This document shows, in pieces, positions 62,429 to 64,000 of a stretch of DNA of 64,000 bases. Where the stretch lies: positions 2,845,695-2,909,694 of the forward strand of contig OY761449.1 in NCBI GenBank assembly GCA_963664375.1, read 5' to 3'. Position numbers and translations under genes: made by a program. This stretch comes from Dehalococcoidia bacterium (GTDB lineage: Bacteria; Chloroflexota; Dehalococcoidia; Lucifugimonadales; UBA3495). The notes below the pieces were generated by a model. The model had not been told where the DNA came from. It saw nothing but the letters and a program-made list of their open reading frames with translations, and did no database searches. Each line of letters opens with the position of its first letter. Position 1 is the first letter of the stretch.

Positions 62429-62839
62429 TCAGTCCATACCAGGCGGGACAATTGAATAGAATCCCCACATAAATGCCCAGAGTAGGGTGGTTATCCCAGA
62501 TACGGTACAAATGACCTGTATCAAGAAGAAAAATTGCATCCGGTCTAGGAGTTTCCGCTTGTCTCCGATGCTGTTCGCCGCAGGCATCAACACTGCAGAA
62601 CCAACAACTCCACCATAGACTGACAGGCCTAGGAAAAGAAAAAGAGGTACGAGGAAACGGTACGGTTGATCTACTACCAGCCTTTGCTCGCCGACGGCAA
62701 GAAATGAAATCGCCGGGAATGCTCCCGCAATAGAAGCGGCCTCCAAGACGGTTGAGATTGTGAGGATGTTGTGACCAACGGATTCAAGAGCCTGACGCCG
62801 GGGAGGCGCCCCTGCTCGGCGCCTCATAAGCGTAACCAA
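62429..62839 (-). CDS. small multi-TM protein of unknown function
   Basis: 136 aa, hydrophobic. It lies in a clearly AT-richer region (about 62.3-63.1 kb). Confidence 0.4.
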   Translation of the reverse strand: MVTLMRRRAGAPPRRQALESVGHNILTISTVLEAASIAGAFPAISFLAVGEQRLVVDQPYRFLVPLFLFLGLSVYGGVVGSAVLMPAANSIGDKRKLLDRMQFFFLIQVICTVSGITTLLWAFMWGFYSIVPPGMD

Positions 62840-63057
62840 CCGGGATAGCGAAAGATGGCAAACATGACCAGCAGAACAAAGGGGACAAGCAACCCTGACA
62901 GAACTTGATACGCCTTAACTTCATAAGCGTCAATCAGCGCGAAAGACAAAGGGCCAAACCAGCACACAACAGCAAAAAACACAAACACATCCGACCTTGT
63001 CAGACGGAATTTCCTATCGGTTTTTTTTGGCGTGCTCGATCTAATGTCGGAGTGCAT
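62824..63057 (-). CDS. small 2-TM protein of unknown function
   Basis: 77 aa. Its 3' end overlaps the downstream gene's start by 16 nt. Confidence 0.35.
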   Translation of the reverse strand: MHSDIRSSTPKKTDRKFRLTRSDVFVFFAVVCWFGPLSFALIDAYEVKAYQVLSGLLVPFVLLVMFAIFRYPGWLRL

Positions 63058-63223
63058 CTTTCACACCTGCTGATTGGGTAGGGACAAGTCGCCGTATTAC
63101 CGAAAGCATACCATAGGGGCATGTGGCAATTCCACAACGCCTAGCGGTCACTCAAAGGGGCCATCACCCATAAGCGGACGAAACTCATCGCGAGCGCCAC
63201 GTGGGTTCGGGACGCCGTCCGGT

Positions 63224-63928
63224 TCAGACACGGAACGTAATCTTGCGGAAGGCCTCGCCGTAGGTTCCTCCCGAGTCTCCCACTCCTTCCTCGCCGAGTT
63301 GGAGGATGAACTGGTCTACCTCCCCGTCGGTGTGGCCTTCCATGCGAGTCCTGGCGACCTTTACGGCCCGTCCCTTGGCGGCCATTGCCGAGTCGATGGC
63401 GATGTGGGTGTTGGGCGTCTCCGTTCCCCAGAACAGCACCGTTCCGGTCTTGTGTGGCTCCAGCCCTTCGTCGCGCCACAGTTCCTCGAAGTGCAGATGA
63501 TCTCGGGCGCAGGGGAAGACCGCGTCCAGAGTGACTTGCCCGGTGATGCGGTGGTCGCGATGCCAGGCCAGGTTCTTCCGGTATGGCTCGGGGCAGATTA
63601 CGACGTCAGGGCGCATCTGCCGGATCTGTCTCACCAGTTCCTTGCGAAAGTCGTCGGTGTCTTCGAGACTCCCGTCGGGCCGGCCAAGGTTCACCAGTTC
63701 CTGCACTCCGAGTTCCTCAACGGCGCTTGACTGCTCCTTCGAGCGTTGGGCCACGAGTTCGGCTGCGGATACGGCGCCATCGGTCGTTCCCTTTCCCCCG
63801 TCGGTGCAAACCACGTAGCGAACGGTGGCGCCGTCGCTGATCCACCGCGCGATTGTGCCAGCGCACCAGAACTCGGAGGCGTTGGGATGGGGCGTGACTA
63901 CCAGCACCCGGTTTGGCGTGTCAGTCAT
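63224..63928 (-). CDS. PIG-L/LmbE-family deacetylase-like protein
   Basis: 234 aa: VLVVTPHPNASEF...VVCTDGGKGT...H..H. The canonical HPDD is replaced here by HPNA. AGGAGG precedes the ATG. Confidence 0.65.
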   Translation of the reverse strand: MTDTPNRVLVVTPHPNASEFWCAGTIARWISDGATVRYVVCTDGGKGTTDGAVSAAELVAQRSKEQSSAVEELGVQELVNLGRPDGSLEDTDDFRKELVRQIRQMRPDVVICPEPYRKNLAWHRDHRITGQVTLDAVFPCARDHLHFEELWRDEGLEPHKTGTVLFWGTETPNTHIAIDSAMAAKGRAVKVARTRMEGHTDGEVDQFILQLGEEGVGDSGGTYGEAFRKITFRV

Positions 63929-64000
63929 CTGGTCGATCCTCCTGGCGTTTCGATGGGGCCGACGGTCTCACCGTAGTTGTCCATTCGGCCAGGACCACCG
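63925..64000 (-). CDS. 3' end of an unidentified upstream gene (partial)
   Basis: The open frame ...GGPGRMDNYGETVGPIETPGGSTR ends in a TGA that overlaps the next ATG (ATGA). Confidence 0.3.
   Translation of the reverse strand, partial: GGPGRMDNYGETVGPIETPGGSTR

Overview
This is a high-GC (about 60-65% by eye, not computed) bacterial chromosomal segment. It is most plausibly Chloroflexota, because it carries an adjacent pair of TIGR03662-type 'Chlor_Arch_YYY' and TIGR03663-type giant membrane proteins. The core content is housekeeping. It includes nuoA-B-C, trmD, a DinG helicase with a fused DnaQ-like exonuclease next to an OGG1-type glycosylase, cca, rnc, ftsY, mutL and mutS, a separate NuoE/F/G-like cluster with an FNR-like reductase, apt, and the conserved tRNA-Thr/Tyr/Thr-tuf-rpmG-secE-nusG-rplK-rplA-rplJ-rplL block. 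The main hunt result is three genes that the ORF track splits or truncates. Each one becomes a full-length redox protein if an in-frame TGA is read through. In each, the TGA sits at the catalytic Cys position: a DsbA-like protein (D-F-R-TGA-P-F-V-Y), an ArsC/Spx-like protein (TGA-S-T-C) and a GrdB-like 'UGSC' protein (TGA-G-S-C-S-S-C). Each TGA is followed by a hairpin with a G/U-containing loop about 20-25 nt downstream, so these are candidate selenoproteins. The UGSC gene closes a four-gene minus-strand unit that also encodes a conserved 345-aa protein I cannot place, and this unit lies just upstream of the NuoEFG-like/FNR module. Nearly every intergenic region is filled with repeats. There are at least 25 copies of a 38-bp hairpin unit whose 3' half is a canonical G3N3G3N3G3N3G3 motif, a second paired-hairpin family, three MITE-like composites, and one IS982-like element inserted in the loop of a 38-bp unit. 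Other items are a consensus promoter plus intrinsic terminator enclosing about 65 nt upstream of the tRNA-tuf cluster, a 42-bp x5 tandem array, AT-richer islets encoding small membrane proteins, and a translationally coupled two-gene module of unknown function. All calls rest on reading the sequence and ORF track and on remembered family motifs. No searches or folding programs were run, and start codons are often uncertain.
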